A stretch of 64,000 nt of DNA from Coriobacteriales bacterium (GTDB lineage Bacteria > Actinomycetota > Coriobacteriia > Coriobacteriales > UBA8131), in the NCBI GenBank assembly GCA_031264075.1, contig JAISEO010000099.1, positions 13,666 through 77,665 of the forward strand, written 5' to 3'. This document shows, one piece after another, positions 1 to 9,100 of this stretch (the first letter of the stretch is position 1; each line of letters starts with the position of its first letter). Position numbers and translations under genes: made by a program. Under the pieces are notes generated by a model. That model did not search any database and was not told where the DNA came from. It saw only the letters and a list, made by a program, of their open reading frames with translations.

Positions 1-1
1 C

Positions 2-124
2 CTGGCCGAAGAAGCTATCCACGCCGCGCTCTGGGACTATGCCGAGAAGAACGGCATCGCCATCGAGGGCCTGGAGAAGCCCAAGAGCGACATCCATGAG
101 GGCGAGGAAGAAGAAGACTACTGA
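2..124 (+). CDS. 3' end of an unidentified CDS that continues upstream of the window; acidic C-terminus
   Basis: Open frame runs from the window edge to TGA at 122-124. It translates as ...LAEEAIHAALWDYAEKNGIAIEGLEKPKSDIHEGEEEEDY. No family recognised. Confidence 0.4.
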   Translation: MAEEAIHAALWDYAEKNGIAIEGLEKPKSDIHEGEEEEDY

Positions 125-166
125 TGAAGGCGAGCGCTCTGACAGACGAGAAGGCGGGAGGAGAGT

Positions 167-574
167 ATGAAGGCCAGCAGTAAGGTTCGTTACGCCCTCT
201 ATCTGATGATCGACATAGCCCGGCATGAAGTAGACGGGCCCGTACCGCTCCGGGAGGTCTCGCTGCGTCAGGATATATCCCTCAAGTACCTCGAACAGAT
301 TGCCAACCAGTTGAGCAAGCTGGGATATCTGGAGAGTGTGCGCGGCGCGCAGGGGGGCTACCGTCTGGCCAAGGATCCGGATGCCATCAGCGCCGGAGAC
401 ATCATGCGGGCCTCCGAGGGCGACTTTGTGTCTGTGGCCTGCCTGGAGCATGAGGCCCAGGAGTGTCCCCGTCAGTCCAACTGCTGCAACATCGCCGCCT
501 TCTGGCAGGGGCTGAGCAATTCGATATATGCCTACACCGACAAGGTATCCCTGACCGAACTCGCTGCCGATTGA
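167..574 (+). CDS. Rrf2 family transcriptional regulator (IscR/NsrR-like, probable Fe-S binding)
   Basis: 135-aa ORF. The N-terminus SKVRYALYLMIDIA... is typical of the Rrf2 winged HTH. A Cys group (C92, C100, C106, C107) sits where Fe-S ligands lie in this family. GGGAGGAG RBS lies upstream. Confidence 0.9.
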   Translation: MKASSKVRYALYLMIDIARHEVDGPVPLREVSLRQDISLKYLEQIANQLSKLGYLESVRGAQGGYRLAKDPDAISAGDIMRASEGDFVSVACLEHEAQECPRQSNCCNIAAFWQGLSNSIYAYTDKVSLTELAAD

Positions 575-639
575 GGGAGGTTTGCACGCTCCTGCCGATT
601 GAGGCAGAGGATGCCCTGCACACTCTCCCGCGTGCCCTC

Positions 640-3021
640 CTATTCGAAGCGCGTAACGGAGAGCGCGGTGGAGCGGCGGGCCGTAGGAAAGGTCGCCAGT
701 ATCGCCGCCGTGGCAAGGAGCAGGCTCAGCGCGAGCACCACAAAGTAGGTGGGGTCGAGCAGTGAGAAGATGACGGAGCGTCTGCCAGCGGTGAGCCCGC
801 TGAGCAAGAGCTGCGCCACGACGAAGCCCAGGCCAGCGCTGAGCAGGAAGACCACGAGCAGAGGCAGCAGGGTTTCGGCTGCTATCATGCGGCGCAGGGT
901 CGTATGGGGCATACCCGCGAGGCGCATCAGGGCCAGGGTGCGCCGTCGGTCGAGGATGCTGGAGACGGTGGAAACCGCCATCGAGATGCCCGAGACAGCC
1001 GTGGCAATGAGCACGCCCAGATTGGCGAGATAGGCATACTCCTGTACGAAGCTATCCGTTGCGCCATCGTCACGCATCTCGGCGATGGTCAGGGGCACCA
1101 TGGCGAGCCTGAGCGACGAGGTGAGGAGCACCGTGCGGATGCGCTCGCGCATGAGGGGGTCTCCGTCGTAGCCGACAAAGAGGTAGCTCGGCCTGAGTTC
1201 TGAGCTGTCCGCGAACTGAGCCGCCTGTATCGAAGCTTCCGGGTCTGCGTCCTCAGGCACCGAGGCACTGGGAAGATAGCGCGGCGGCAGCTCTATCCAC
1301 GGAGCATCCGGCACTTCGGCCTCAGGAATGCCGAGGACGGCGGCGTCCCTGGCTCTGAGCACTGCGATGCCTTCGCTCGGCCCTGCTTCCGCTCCGCCAG
1401 AGGCCTCCCCTTCCGTGTTACTGCCCTCCTCTGTTGCTGTGGGCCTCTCGTGATAATAGACAGGCGCGACACCTGTGACCCCATCGGCAGCCTTCAGCTG
1501 CTCCTGCACCGCGTCCATGTCCGCAACCGTATAGCCACCGGAGAGGCTCGCGTGGAGCAGATCGGGAGAGGCCCCGACAGCGGAACGCTCCGAAGCACCG
1601 GCGGTGTCACTCGAGGATTCGGCTCCGCCCTGTTGGCTGTCGCGCCCGTCTCCCTCCTCCTCAACATGGGCAATGGTTATGGCCGCAAAAAAGAAACTGG
1701 CCACAAACACCGCCACGACAAGCCCGCCAACGGCGCGAAAGGTCGCCTGGGGATGCTGACGGATCCGCGCAAAGGCTATGACGCCCGCGGCACCACGAGA
1801 GAAGCGTGCGGCAAAGCGGCTTGCCCACCAGGTCAGAAGCGGGCCTGCGAGTACCAGGCCAATCAGGATGGCGGCAAAGCCGGCAACAAAGAGAGCCCCG
1901 AACAGCAGCTCGCTTACACCCAGGTTCATGACGGGATTTGAAGAAAGCCAGCCTCCTCCCACCAGCGCCAGCATACCGAGAAGCACCGGCACAAGGCGCC
2001 AGAGACCCGGGCGCTTCTCCATCAGCTCCCGCGAGGCGCCGAGATCGGTGTTTTGGCTCCGCAGGGCGCGCACCCAGGCAACAAACGTGGTCGCCAGGGT
2101 AATGAGCAGCGCAACTCCTAAGGCAAACGGCAGGCTCGGCTGGATATCAGAGGCAAAGAAACGCTCATTGTCTATCTGGATCTGGGCAAAGAGTGGGCTT
2201 GCGGCCCAGGCAAGCACGGCTCCGAGCACTGCTCCCACCAGGCTGGTTACGCCGGTTTCGAGCACGGCGAGCCGGGCAATCTGCGCGGGCGTGGCACCTA
2301 TGAGCCGTAAGGTGGCAAAGGTCTCACTGCGCTGCGCTGCGCCAAGCCGTGTAATGATGGAGATGAGCAACAGCACCGGCAGGAGGATGGCGATGCTGCC
2401 GACGATGGCCGCTATCCTGAAGGTGCTGGTAGAAAATGCCTTGCCTGCCAGGCTCGAGACCACCGTCGCGTCCGGTTGCTCGCGGATCTCTTCAAGCGTC
2501 ATGCCGCGCAATATCAGAAGCGAGCCCGGGCTGCCGAGCGCTTCGTCTCCGAGGATGCCCGCGGGCTGGCCATAGCGCTCACCGAGGGCCTCAACCGGAT
2601 ACTCTGCAATGAGCGCGGCGGCAGCGGGAGAGGCAAGGTACTCGCCCGGCCCGGGCAGGGGGTGTGCGCCGGGCACGGCAACCGTGCTGTCCGCGGTGGC
2701 GGCTATGCTCACCACCCCGATGCGCTTATCCAGAAAATGGTCGGCGAGGGAGGAATACAGGACGGCCGAATTGCCCGAAATGACTATCTGGTCGCTGGAC
2801 AGCTCCCCCGTCAATTCGCCTGCGGGCATGCCTGCCGTGCCGTCGGTGGCGTAGTCGGGCCAGGTCGCACGCTCGGTACGCGTCGTGAGGCCCTGCGCAA
2901 AACCCCAGAGGGTGAGGAAGAGGGCCGTTCCTACTGCCACGCCGCAGACAATGCCGAGCAGACGCAGGAGGGACGTCCGATCATGAGCAAGCAGCAGACG
3001 GGCGCAGGCAAGCGTCTTCAT
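640..3021 (-). CDS. ABC transporter permease, FtsX-like (MacB/BceB-type) with large extracytoplasmic segment
   Basis: 793-aa ORF with hydrophobic FtsX-type helix bundles at both ends. Its start overlaps the stop of the upstream ATPase gene (3018-3021). Confidence 0.85.
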   Translation of the reverse strand: MKTLACARLLLAHDRTSLLRLLGIVCGVAVGTALFLTLWGFAQGLTTRTERATWPDYATDGTAGMPAGELTGELSSDQIVISGNSAVLYSSLADHFLDKRIGVVSIAATADSTVAVPGAHPLPGPGEYLASPAAAALIAEYPVEALGERYGQPAGILGDEALGSPGSLLILRGMTLEEIREQPDATVVSSLAGKAFSTSTFRIAAIVGSIAILLPVLLLISIITRLGAAQRSETFATLRLIGATPAQIARLAVLETGVTSLVGAVLGAVLAWAASPLFAQIQIDNERFFASDIQPSLPFALGVALLITLATTFVAWVRALRSQNTDLGASRELMEKRPGLWRLVPVLLGMLALVGGGWLSSNPVMNLGVSELLFGALFVAGFAAILIGLVLAGPLLTWWASRFAARFSRGAAGVIAFARIRQHPQATFRAVGGLVVAVFVASFFFAAITIAHVEEEGDGRDSQQGGAESSSDTAGASERSAVGASPDLLHASLSGGYTVADMDAVQEQLKAADGVTGVAPVYYHERPTATEEGSNTEGEASGGAEAGPSEGIAVLRARDAAVLGIPEAEVPDAPWIELPPRYLPSASVPEDADPEASIQAAQFADSSELRPSYLFVGYDGDPLMRERIRTVLLTSSLRLAMVPLTIAEMRDDGATDSFVQEYAYLANLGVLIATAVSGISMAVSTVSSILDRRRTLALMRLAGMPHTTLRRMIAAETLLPLLVVFLLSAGLGFVVAQLLLSGLTAGRRSVIFSLLDPTYFVVLALSLLLATAAILATFPTARRSTALSVTRFE

Positions 3022-3752
3022 AGCTCAAACCCGCTTCGTATCTGCCCGTCGCGCACGATGACCTCTCGGTCCGCATAGGCGGCGGTGCGCGCGTCGTGCG
3101 TCACCACCACCAAGGTCACACCAAAGCCGCGCACGGTGGCAGCGAGCATTTCCATGACCTGCTCGGAGCTCAGTGAGTCGAGTGAGCCCGTGGGTTCATC
3201 GGCAAACAGCACGCGCGGCCCGGCCACGAGCGCACGGGCAAGCGCTACTCGCTGGGCCTGGCCGCCGGAGAGTTGCGGAGGACGCTTATCCTTGCAGGAG
3301 CTAAGCCCAAAGGATCCGAGGAGTTCCTCAGAGCGTGCCAGGGCTTCTCTGCGGCTCATGCCGCCAAGCAGAAGCGGGATGCTCACGTTGTCAAGGGCGG
3401 ACAGATCGGGCAGGAGCTGGCCAAACTGAAAGACAAAGCCAAACTCAGCCAGACGCAGACGCGCGCGCTCGGCCTCATTCATCGTGGAAATGCGTTGCCC
3501 GTTGTAGACAACACTCCCCCGGTCAGGCACGAGCACGCCGGCAAGAATATGCAGAAGCGTGGATTTGCCGGAGCCGGAAGGCCCCATGATGGCAAGTATC
3601 TCGCCGGAACGGATGGTGAGGTCCACGCCTCGGAGTGCCTCGGTGAGCCCAAAGGCAAGGTGCAGATCGCGCGCCGTAATGAGTGGGGTGGCGCCCGGAG
3701 AAGTAGCAGGTGGAATGCCGGGGAGCGTGGAAGGGGGAGCACTGCTGTTCAT
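3018..3752 (-). CDS. ABC transporter ATP-binding protein (MacB/LolD-like)
   Basis: Walker A GPSGSGKST, signature LSGGQAQRVALARAL, Walker B LFADEPTGSLD. Overlaps both neighbouring genes by 4 nt. Confidence 0.92.
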   Translation of the reverse strand: MNSSAPPSTLPGIPPATSPGATPLITARDLHLAFGLTEALRGVDLTIRSGEILAIMGPSGSGKSTLLHILAGVLVPDRGSVVYNGQRISTMNEAERARLRLAEFGFVFQFGQLLPDLSALDNVSIPLLLGGMSRREALARSEELLGSFGLSSCKDKRPPQLSGGQAQRVALARALVAGPRVLFADEPTGSLDSLSSEQVMEMLAATVRGFGVTLVVVTHDARTAAYADREVIVRDGQIRSGFEL

Positions 3753-4273
3753 CGTTCTATGCTTTCTCGCAGGTCTCTGAGCCGGGCGCTTATCAGATCT
3801 ATCCAGCGCAGGTCGGCTTCGAGGTGGAACAGGGCATGGTCACAGAGGGCGGCGGTCGCAAAGTCAGCGCCTCGCTTTTCTGAGGTAAGCTGACGCATAC
3901 GCTCCAGATGCGCATGACGCTGCCCGTCCAGCAGCCTCTCGGCATCGTCGTCTATGAGAAGCGCTATCACCGTCTTGGCAAAGAGGTTGCTCTGGAGGTT
4001 CTCATGGGGTATGTCGGGTGTGAAAAGCCAGCTTTCAACGCGCCTGAGGCCCGTGTCCGTGATGTGGTAACGCCTGCGCTCGGGGCCGTGGCCAGCCTCT
4101 GCGGCAAGCTCCTCGATGCAGTTATCCCGCATCAGGCGCGCCAGCGTGGCGTATATCTGTCCAAAGGCCAACCGCTTGCGCAGGCCAAACAGACGATCGT
4201 AGCGATGCTTGAGATCATAGCCATAGGCCGAACCCGTCTCAAGCAGTCCCAGAAGTATCATCGAGCTATCCAT
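3749..4273 (-). CDS. PadR family transcriptional regulator
   Basis: 174-aa ORF. The N-terminus ILLGLLETGSAYGYDLKHRYDRLFG... is the PadR winged-HTH signature. First gene of the padR-ABC-FtsX operon. Confidence 0.85.
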   Translation of the reverse strand: MDSSMILLGLLETGSAYGYDLKHRYDRLFGLRKRLAFGQIYATLARLMRDNCIEELAAEAGHGPERRRYHITDTGLRRVESWLFTPDIPHENLQSNLFAKTVIALLIDDDAERLLDGQRHAHLERMRQLTSEKRGADFATAALCDHALFHLEADLRWIDLISARLRDLRESIER

Positions 4274-4276
4274 GCG

Positions 4277-4310
4277 AGCAACTATACACTGAGTGTATAG
4301 TTGCTGTCAA
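4277..4310 (-). promoter_or_regulatory. Predicted padR promoter with an embedded 29-bp perfect palindrome (operator candidate); leaderless configuration
   Basis: Minus strand reads gcTTGACAgcaactatacactcagtgTATAGTtgctcgcATG. That gives TTGACA (4305-4310), an 18-nt spacer, TATAGT (4281-4286), 7 nt, then ATG (4273-4271). The palindrome AGCAACTATACACT-g-AGTGTATAGTTGCT spans 4277-4305. No Shine-Dalgarno is present. Confidence 0.6.
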
Positions 4311-4510
4311 GCGTCATCTTTTTGGAGCCTGTCTTTCGCTTGCAACTCAAGGGTAGTCTCTTTAGTGTAACAATTGAATAACAGAGGAAGAATAGTAATG
4401 TTGTTCAGGCTATAGTACTGCTACATTATACTATGAAGCATATGTGTCGTATTAGGAGATCCTACTGTGCGGCTGCCTTGTCCACTATCCTGTAGAAACC
4501 GGAGGCCCCT

Positions 4511-5422
4511 ATGCCAAGACACCATTTACCCACCAACGATCTTCTCTTCAAGCGAAGCCTTGCCAATGCGAGCCACCCCGATGTCACAGCAGGGTTCATT
4601 CACGACCTGCTCGGGTTGGAGGTATCTGAGGTACACATAGAGAACCCCTATGACATACAGGTGTTCAGGGACTCTTACGGGAAGGGGGGCTTAAGGCCTA
4701 CGATAGTGGATGTGCGGGTCAGGCTCAAAGACAGAAGCCAGGTCATAGCAGAGATGCAGGTTGAGCGGCAGAGCATGTATCTGGAGCGTGGGCTTTACTA
4801 CCCGTGCAGTCGCTACATTGAGGACTACGGCAATCCAGGGCTCGATACCGCGGAGTCTAAGTACGACTCTTTGAACCCCATCTACAGCATCCATGTCCTT
4901 GATTTTCTTCAGTTCGACGGTGACTCTGACCCGTTGCGCAACTTCTCTCTCTATGATACGCTTCATAATGAGTTTTACGGCGACAGAGTTATCTCAGATA
5001 CTGTTGGTGGCCTGTTCAACCTGACCTTCCTGGAGCTTGGGAAGGACAGGCAGAGTGTACCGGAGCATGTCCGCCACTGGATGGACTTCTTCAAGGGAAG
5101 ACCCTTGCCTGAGAGTGTGCCTGATTACCTGAAGAAAGCACTCGAACTCTCTGAAGAACATAACCTTACTCATGAGGAGGCACAGATGATAAGTGATAAA
5201 GAACGTGCCGAACAGGACCGGATAGGACAGTTGGAATATGCGAGGGATGAAGGCCTCCGCAAAGGCCGCTGGGAGGGACGTCAGGAAGGACAACGGGAAA
5301 GTGCCCTGTCTAATGCTCAAAGGGCGCTCTCTGCGGGCCTCGCCGAAGAGCTCGTCCAACAGATCACCAATCTTGACCTCAAAACCATCCGTAAGCTCAA
5401 GGCAACAGGGTTCAGTAGCTGA
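4511..5422 (+). CDS. Rpn family recombination-promoting nuclease / putative transposase (PD-(D/E)XK, YhgA-like)
   Basis: 303-aa ORF. The N-terminus LPTNDLLFKRSLANASHPDVTAGFIHDLLGLEV... IVDVRVRLKD... and the C-terminal charged helical tail match the Rpn/YhgA-like architecture. GGAGG RBS. The surrounding region is visibly AT-richer. Confidence 0.8.
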   Translation: MPRHHLPTNDLLFKRSLANASHPDVTAGFIHDLLGLEVSEVHIENPYDIQVFRDSYGKGGLRPTIVDVRVRLKDRSQVIAEMQVERQSMYLERGLYYPCSRYIEDYGNPGLDTAESKYDSLNPIYSIHVLDFLQFDGDSDPLRNFSLYDTLHNEFYGDRVISDTVGGLFNLTFLELGKDRQSVPEHVRHWMDFFKGRPLPESVPDYLKKALELSEEHNLTHEEAQMISDKERAEQDRIGQLEYARDEGLRKGRWEGRQEGQRESALSNAQRALSAGLAEELVQQITNLDLKTIRKLKATGFSS

Positions 5423-5429
5423 CGCTCTC

Positions 5430-5533
5430 TGGGACAAGAGGGACGGGGCTGGTGTCCCACCGGTTTTACCCTGTAGACCTTCATCTTCTGCGACGGGGGA
5501 AGGTGGAACTCCAGCCCCGTCCCTCTTGTCCCA
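5430..5533. repeat. Long perfect inverted repeat (22-23 bp arms, 58-nt spacer)
   Basis: GGGACAAGAGGGACGGGGCTGG (5431-5452) is the exact reverse complement of CCAGCCCCGTCCCTCTTGTCCC (5511-5532), and a flanking T/A pair extends it. The loop contains a further CCACC/GGTGG pair. It begins 8 nt after the rpn stop. Confidence 0.85.
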
Positions 5534-5656
5534 CAAGGTGGTTGTCAATCATTATTTATACGGCAGACCTCCCGAGCTTCTGGAACGTTACTATTCAGAC
5601 CCTTTATGTCACTCTGAGCGAACCCTTCGGCTGTGTTCAGGGCAGGCTTCGCGAGT

Positions 5657-5736
5657 GCGGCAATCCAGTTCTTGAAACAAGGGAAATGGCGAAAATGAGA
5701 CTACCCAGAGACGTTCTATAAGGACTGGATTGCCGC
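5657..5736. repeat. Second inverted repeat (12-bp perfect core with imperfect extensions)
   Basis: GCGGCAATCCAG (5657-5668) pairs with CTGGATTGCCGC (5725-5736). The flanks continue imperfectly (CGCGAGTGCGGCAATCCAG vs CTGGATTGCCGCGTCGCG). Confidence 0.65.
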
Positions 5737-5899
5737 GTCGCGCAATGCGCTCCTCGCAATGACAGTGGGTGTGAACTGCAATCCTGGACTAGGCGAGGTA
5801 CGCGGCATGACGCAGCAGGGGGCGGCCGCGTGGGGCGGCCCCCCCCTGCACACATACTACTGGCTTGCGTTGCGCTTCCTGCTTGCTTGCTTGCGCTTC

Positions 5900-8176
5900 C
5901 TACTTCGACGCCGCCTCGAGCGATTTCATGAGAGCATCAGGGATGGCAGCGTCTCCGCCCAGCACGTAACCCAGGGTGATGCTTCCCCTCTGGGGCGTGA
6001 TTATCGAGTCGATGGCGGCTGTGCCGTCTTCAATCTCGTGGTGCACCAGCAGAAGCACGGTGCCTATCCTACCGGCAAAGGCACCGCCGGACAGCGCGTC
6101 GGGGAAGTTGTTCCCCACGGCCAGGGCCAGGTTATCATAGCCAAGCGGGGCGGAGTTCGCTACCGAGTGCTTCGCAATCTCTACAGAGGTGAGATAGCGG
6201 GTAGCTCCGAATAGACGGGTGATGAAGCTGTCGTCGTCCAGGTCATAGCCCAACTGGGTGCTGACGATTTCCGGCACCGCCGCGTCGCCACCCACGATGA
6301 TGATGTGCTCGATGGCGTTGCTGGCAATGGCGTCCTTTATCGTGCCCGCGGTAGCGTCGCTGAGCCCGGTCTTGGGATCGGAGAGGAATATGGGATAGTC
6401 TTCCGCATAGGCCAGCGGCGAGACCGACAGGGCGTCGGCAAAGTTGTAGCCGTTGGCTATGATGGCGGTATCTCCCCAGCCCGCTCCGTCCAGGCCCTTC
6501 TGATAGATATCCAGGGCGGTCTCCTCGCGACCCTCGCCGGCCGCACGGATGACGCGGGAGGCGTCGCCTCCCATGAGGGCCACGAGCTGCGCTTCCACGG
6601 CCACAGACAGCGCTGCGTCGCCGCCAGCCAGATAGATGGTCGTGGGCTTCAGCGTCTCTATGACCTCCTGTGCCTCTGCGGACAGGGTATCCGACGTGCT
6701 CAGCAAAACCGGAGCATCGGTGATGCCGGCCAGGCTCGTGGCTGCCAGAGCATCGGGGAACTCGTCGCCCCGGGCCACGATGACGGTGTCAACATCCGCT
6801 GCCGTGTAGGCGCCGGAATCGAGGATGATCTGCTTCATCGTGTCGTAGCGATCCTCACCGGGAAAACGCACCCAGTCCTCGTCGGGGAGCGGAGCGGTAA
6901 AGCTACCGGTGGCTTTGTCCCAGGTAATGTCGTAGAGATCGACCTGTCCGCTTTCGTCTTCCACCTTGATGGTGTGGGTCTGTTTGGAGAGGTAGAAGTA
7001 GAGGTCTGTGTCATCGGTCTCGCCCACCCAGTTTGCAGGGGTATAGGTTTTGTCTTCCTGATACTTACACTCATAGCTCGTACCGCTGTAGAACTCCTTG
7101 CCGTCGATGGTAACGGTGAGCGTCTCGCCCCGGTCAACATAGACAAGGGAATCGAGGGTAAAGAGGGTTGCCTCATTGCCGGCTCCATCCATCTTCTGCG
7201 CCGTGATAGCCACGTCGGTGATGAGGTCCTCTGTGCCGGTCAGGCCCCAGGAGGGCAGGCCATTAGAAGTGATGGCCGCCTTGATGGAACCTCCGCTCAC
7301 TTCAAGGGTACCCGCACTTGCAGGATTCGTACTTCTACCACCTCTTCCGATGGCCGATCCCTCCCAATTGGCCATGACATAAGTCTGGCCGCCGCTTACG
7401 ACGACGGGGCCGGAAATACCCAGACTGCTCGCGCCGATGGCAGCGCCTCGGGCATTGGCGTATACGTACAGCCTGCCTCCCTCAATATAAATGGGGCTGC
7501 CTGCATCGGTTTGGCTGTCGTTGCCGATGACTGCACCTACCTGTGAACCCTTGATAAAGTAGTTGCCACTCTGAAACCTCATGGTCCCACTCTGCTCATT
7601 TTCGTTGGAGCCGATGCCGGAGCCCGCCCTGTTCTTGTACAGGAAGAAGGCATCGTCGGCGTCACCCTGGAAGGTAGCAGACGCAGTACTGCCTACGTGG
7701 ATTACGGCCATGGAGCCACCAGCGTTATCGCCATCAATGAGGTTATTTCCCTTGCTGTACAGGGTGCCCGCTCCCTTGAAGTCGATGGCGTTGATATCGG
7801 TGGTACAGTCGAGCCACACCTCAGTAAGCGTGAGTTTGGAGCCCTCGCCCACAATAAAGGTGATGTTCTCATTGGGGATATCGCCCTGGCCCTTGTCGAT
7901 ACCGTTGCCGATGATCTCCACGCTGACACCGTCCGCGAGCGTGATGGTGCCGTTGTTGGCGTTAGAGGCCAGTTGATAGCTGCCGTTGGTGGTGAGTCGC
8001 TCACCTCCGCTCAGGGTGCCGTCGAGCATAGGCTCGACTGCTTCGTTGGTGGTGACCGCCCCCGCCCCTAGGCCCCATGCCGCGGGGGCAAGGGCCGGCA
8101 TCAGACCCAATGCCAGCGCGAGGGCGAGCAACACCATCGCCACCCTTTTACTCTGCTGTTGTACCTTCTGTCTCAT
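5900..8176 (-). CDS. Secreted surface protein with three C-terminal cell-wall-binding (CWB2) repeats and an N-terminal beta-helix-like domain
   Basis: Signal peptide MVLLALALALGLMPALAPAAWG. Three tandem units carry the pattern DRY.T...FPDAL(A/S)...GG(D)AA(I/V/L) (for example GEDRYDTMKQI...EFPDALAATSLAG...YLAGGDAALS). AAAGGAGGA RBS. Confidence 0.85.
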   Translation of the reverse strand: MRQKVQQQSKRVAMVLLALALALGLMPALAPAAWGLGAGAVTTNEAVEPMLDGTLSGGERLTTNGSYQLASNANNGTITLADGVSVEIIGNGIDKGQGDIPNENITFIVGEGSKLTLTEVWLDCTTDINAIDFKGAGTLYSKGNNLIDGDNAGGSMAVIHVGSTASATFQGDADDAFFLYKNRAGSGIGSNENEQSGTMRFQSGNYFIKGSQVGAVIGNDSQTDAGSPIYIEGGRLYVYANARGAAIGASSLGISGPVVVSGGQTYVMANWEGSAIGRGGRSTNPASAGTLEVSGGSIKAAITSNGLPSWGLTGTEDLITDVAITAQKMDGAGNEATLFTLDSLVYVDRGETLTVTIDGKEFYSGTSYECKYQEDKTYTPANWVGETDDTDLYFYLSKQTHTIKVEDESGQVDLYDITWDKATGSFTAPLPDEDWVRFPGEDRYDTMKQIILDSGAYTAADVDTVIVARGDEFPDALAATSLAGITDAPVLLSTSDTLSAEAQEVIETLKPTTIYLAGGDAALSVAVEAQLVALMGGDASRVIRAAGEGREETALDIYQKGLDGAGWGDTAIIANGYNFADALSVSPLAYAEDYPIFLSDPKTGLSDATAGTIKDAIASNAIEHIIIVGGDAAVPEIVSTQLGYDLDDDSFITRLFGATRYLTSVEIAKHSVANSAPLGYDNLALAVGNNFPDALSGGAFAGRIGTVLLLVHHEIEDGTAAIDSIITPQRGSITLGYVLGGDAAIPDALMKSLEAASK

Positions 8177-8272
8177 GAGCTTCCTCCTTTGTCTGTTTCA
8201 GGAATATCGTGGTTTTCTTCAAAATCCTCTGCACAGTATAGCCGCTTTGACATTTGTTTGCTGCCGAGGATA

Positions 8273-9100
8273 TCAATCCACCTCCATCAGCGGAATGCAG
8301 GTGCGCATACAGAGGCCCGGTTCCACCTCGACGTCGGCAACATAGACGCGGGCGTGGTAGATGCGTTGCAGCGACTCGGTGGTGATGACTTCTGCGGGCG
8401 GACCGCTCTGGATGATGAGGCCATCCTCCATTATCTGCACCTCGTCGGCGCAGAAGAGCGCGTGGTCGGGGTCGTGCGTGACCATGAGCACCGCCATGCC
8501 ACTGCGCGCGAGCCGGTGCATGCGCGTGAGCACCAGCTGCTGGTTGCCAAAGTCCAACGAGGCCGTGGGCTCGTCCATGATGAGTATGCTGGGCTGCTGG
8601 GCCAGCGCGCGGGCGATGAGCACCAGCTGCTGCTGCCCTCCCGAGAGTTGCGTGTACTCGCTGTCGGCCAGGTGCTCGATGGAGAGCTGCTGTATGGCCT
8701 GCCAGGCGATGGTCTTGTCGGTGCTTGAGGGATTGCCCGCCACCGAGGAAAGGTAGGGCGTCCTCCCCATCAACACCACGTCGGCGACCCGGAAGGGGAA
8801 GGGCGGGCGATGTACCTGGGGAATGTAGGCAAAATGCCGCGCCAGCTCTCTGGGAGACATGCGCCTGGTGGGCTTTCCGTTGATGCGCACCTCGCCGCCT
8901 GTCGCGGGGAGCAGGCCGAGGATGGCGCGCAGGGCCGTGGTCTTGCCGCAGCCGTTGGCGCCGATAATGCAGACAAAGGAGTTCTGCGCGACCTCAAACG
9001 AGATGCCGTGGACTATCTCCCCGGTGCTATAGCCGGTATGCAGGTCGCTCACACTGAGGAGGGCCGGTTGCTGAGATGCGGGGTCGCTCACGCTCACCAC
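8273..9100 (-). CDS. ABC transporter ATP-binding protein, iron-chelate/cobalamin (FepC/FecE/BtuD) type
   Basis: Walker A GANGCGKTT, signature LSGGQQQLVLIARAL, Walker B LIMDEPTASLD. Overlaps the permease gene by 7 nt. Confidence 0.9.
   Translation of the reverse strand: MVSVSDPASQQPALLSVSDLHTGYSTGEIVHGISFEVAQNSFVCIIGANGCGKTTALRAILGLLPATGGEVRINGKPTRRMSPRELARHFAYIPQVHRPPFPFRVADVVLMGRTPYLSSVAGNPSSTDKTIAWQAIQQLSIEHLADSEYTQLSGGQQQLVLIARALAQQPSILIMDEPTASLDFGNQQLVLTRMHRLARSGMAVLMVTHDPDHALFCADEVQIMEDGLIIQSGPPAEVITTESLQRIYHARVYVADVEVEPGLCMRTCIPLMEVD

Noticed and set aside
5815-5848. GC-rich block considered as the rho-independent terminator of the surface-protein gene.
   Set aside because: Only about 7 bp (CAGGGGG/CCCCCTG) can pair around a large loop. 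The internal GGCGGCC copies are direct repeats, not inverted, and there is no U-tract.
6305-7546. 413-aa plus-strand ORF antisense to the CWB2 surface-protein gene. Similar long antisense ORFs occur at 1778-2575, 13277-14317, 22018-22926, 28951-30426, 30973-31686, 36552-37274, 38111-39505, 41642-42454, 53812-54762, 55086-55889, 58179-59762 and 59817-60731.
   Set aside because: Each lies entirely inside a gene with clear family motifs on the other strand. Their translations are Arg/Gly/Ala/His-rich low-complexity sequence with no recognisable motifs or RBS. Long stop-free antisense frames are expected in high-GC DNA.
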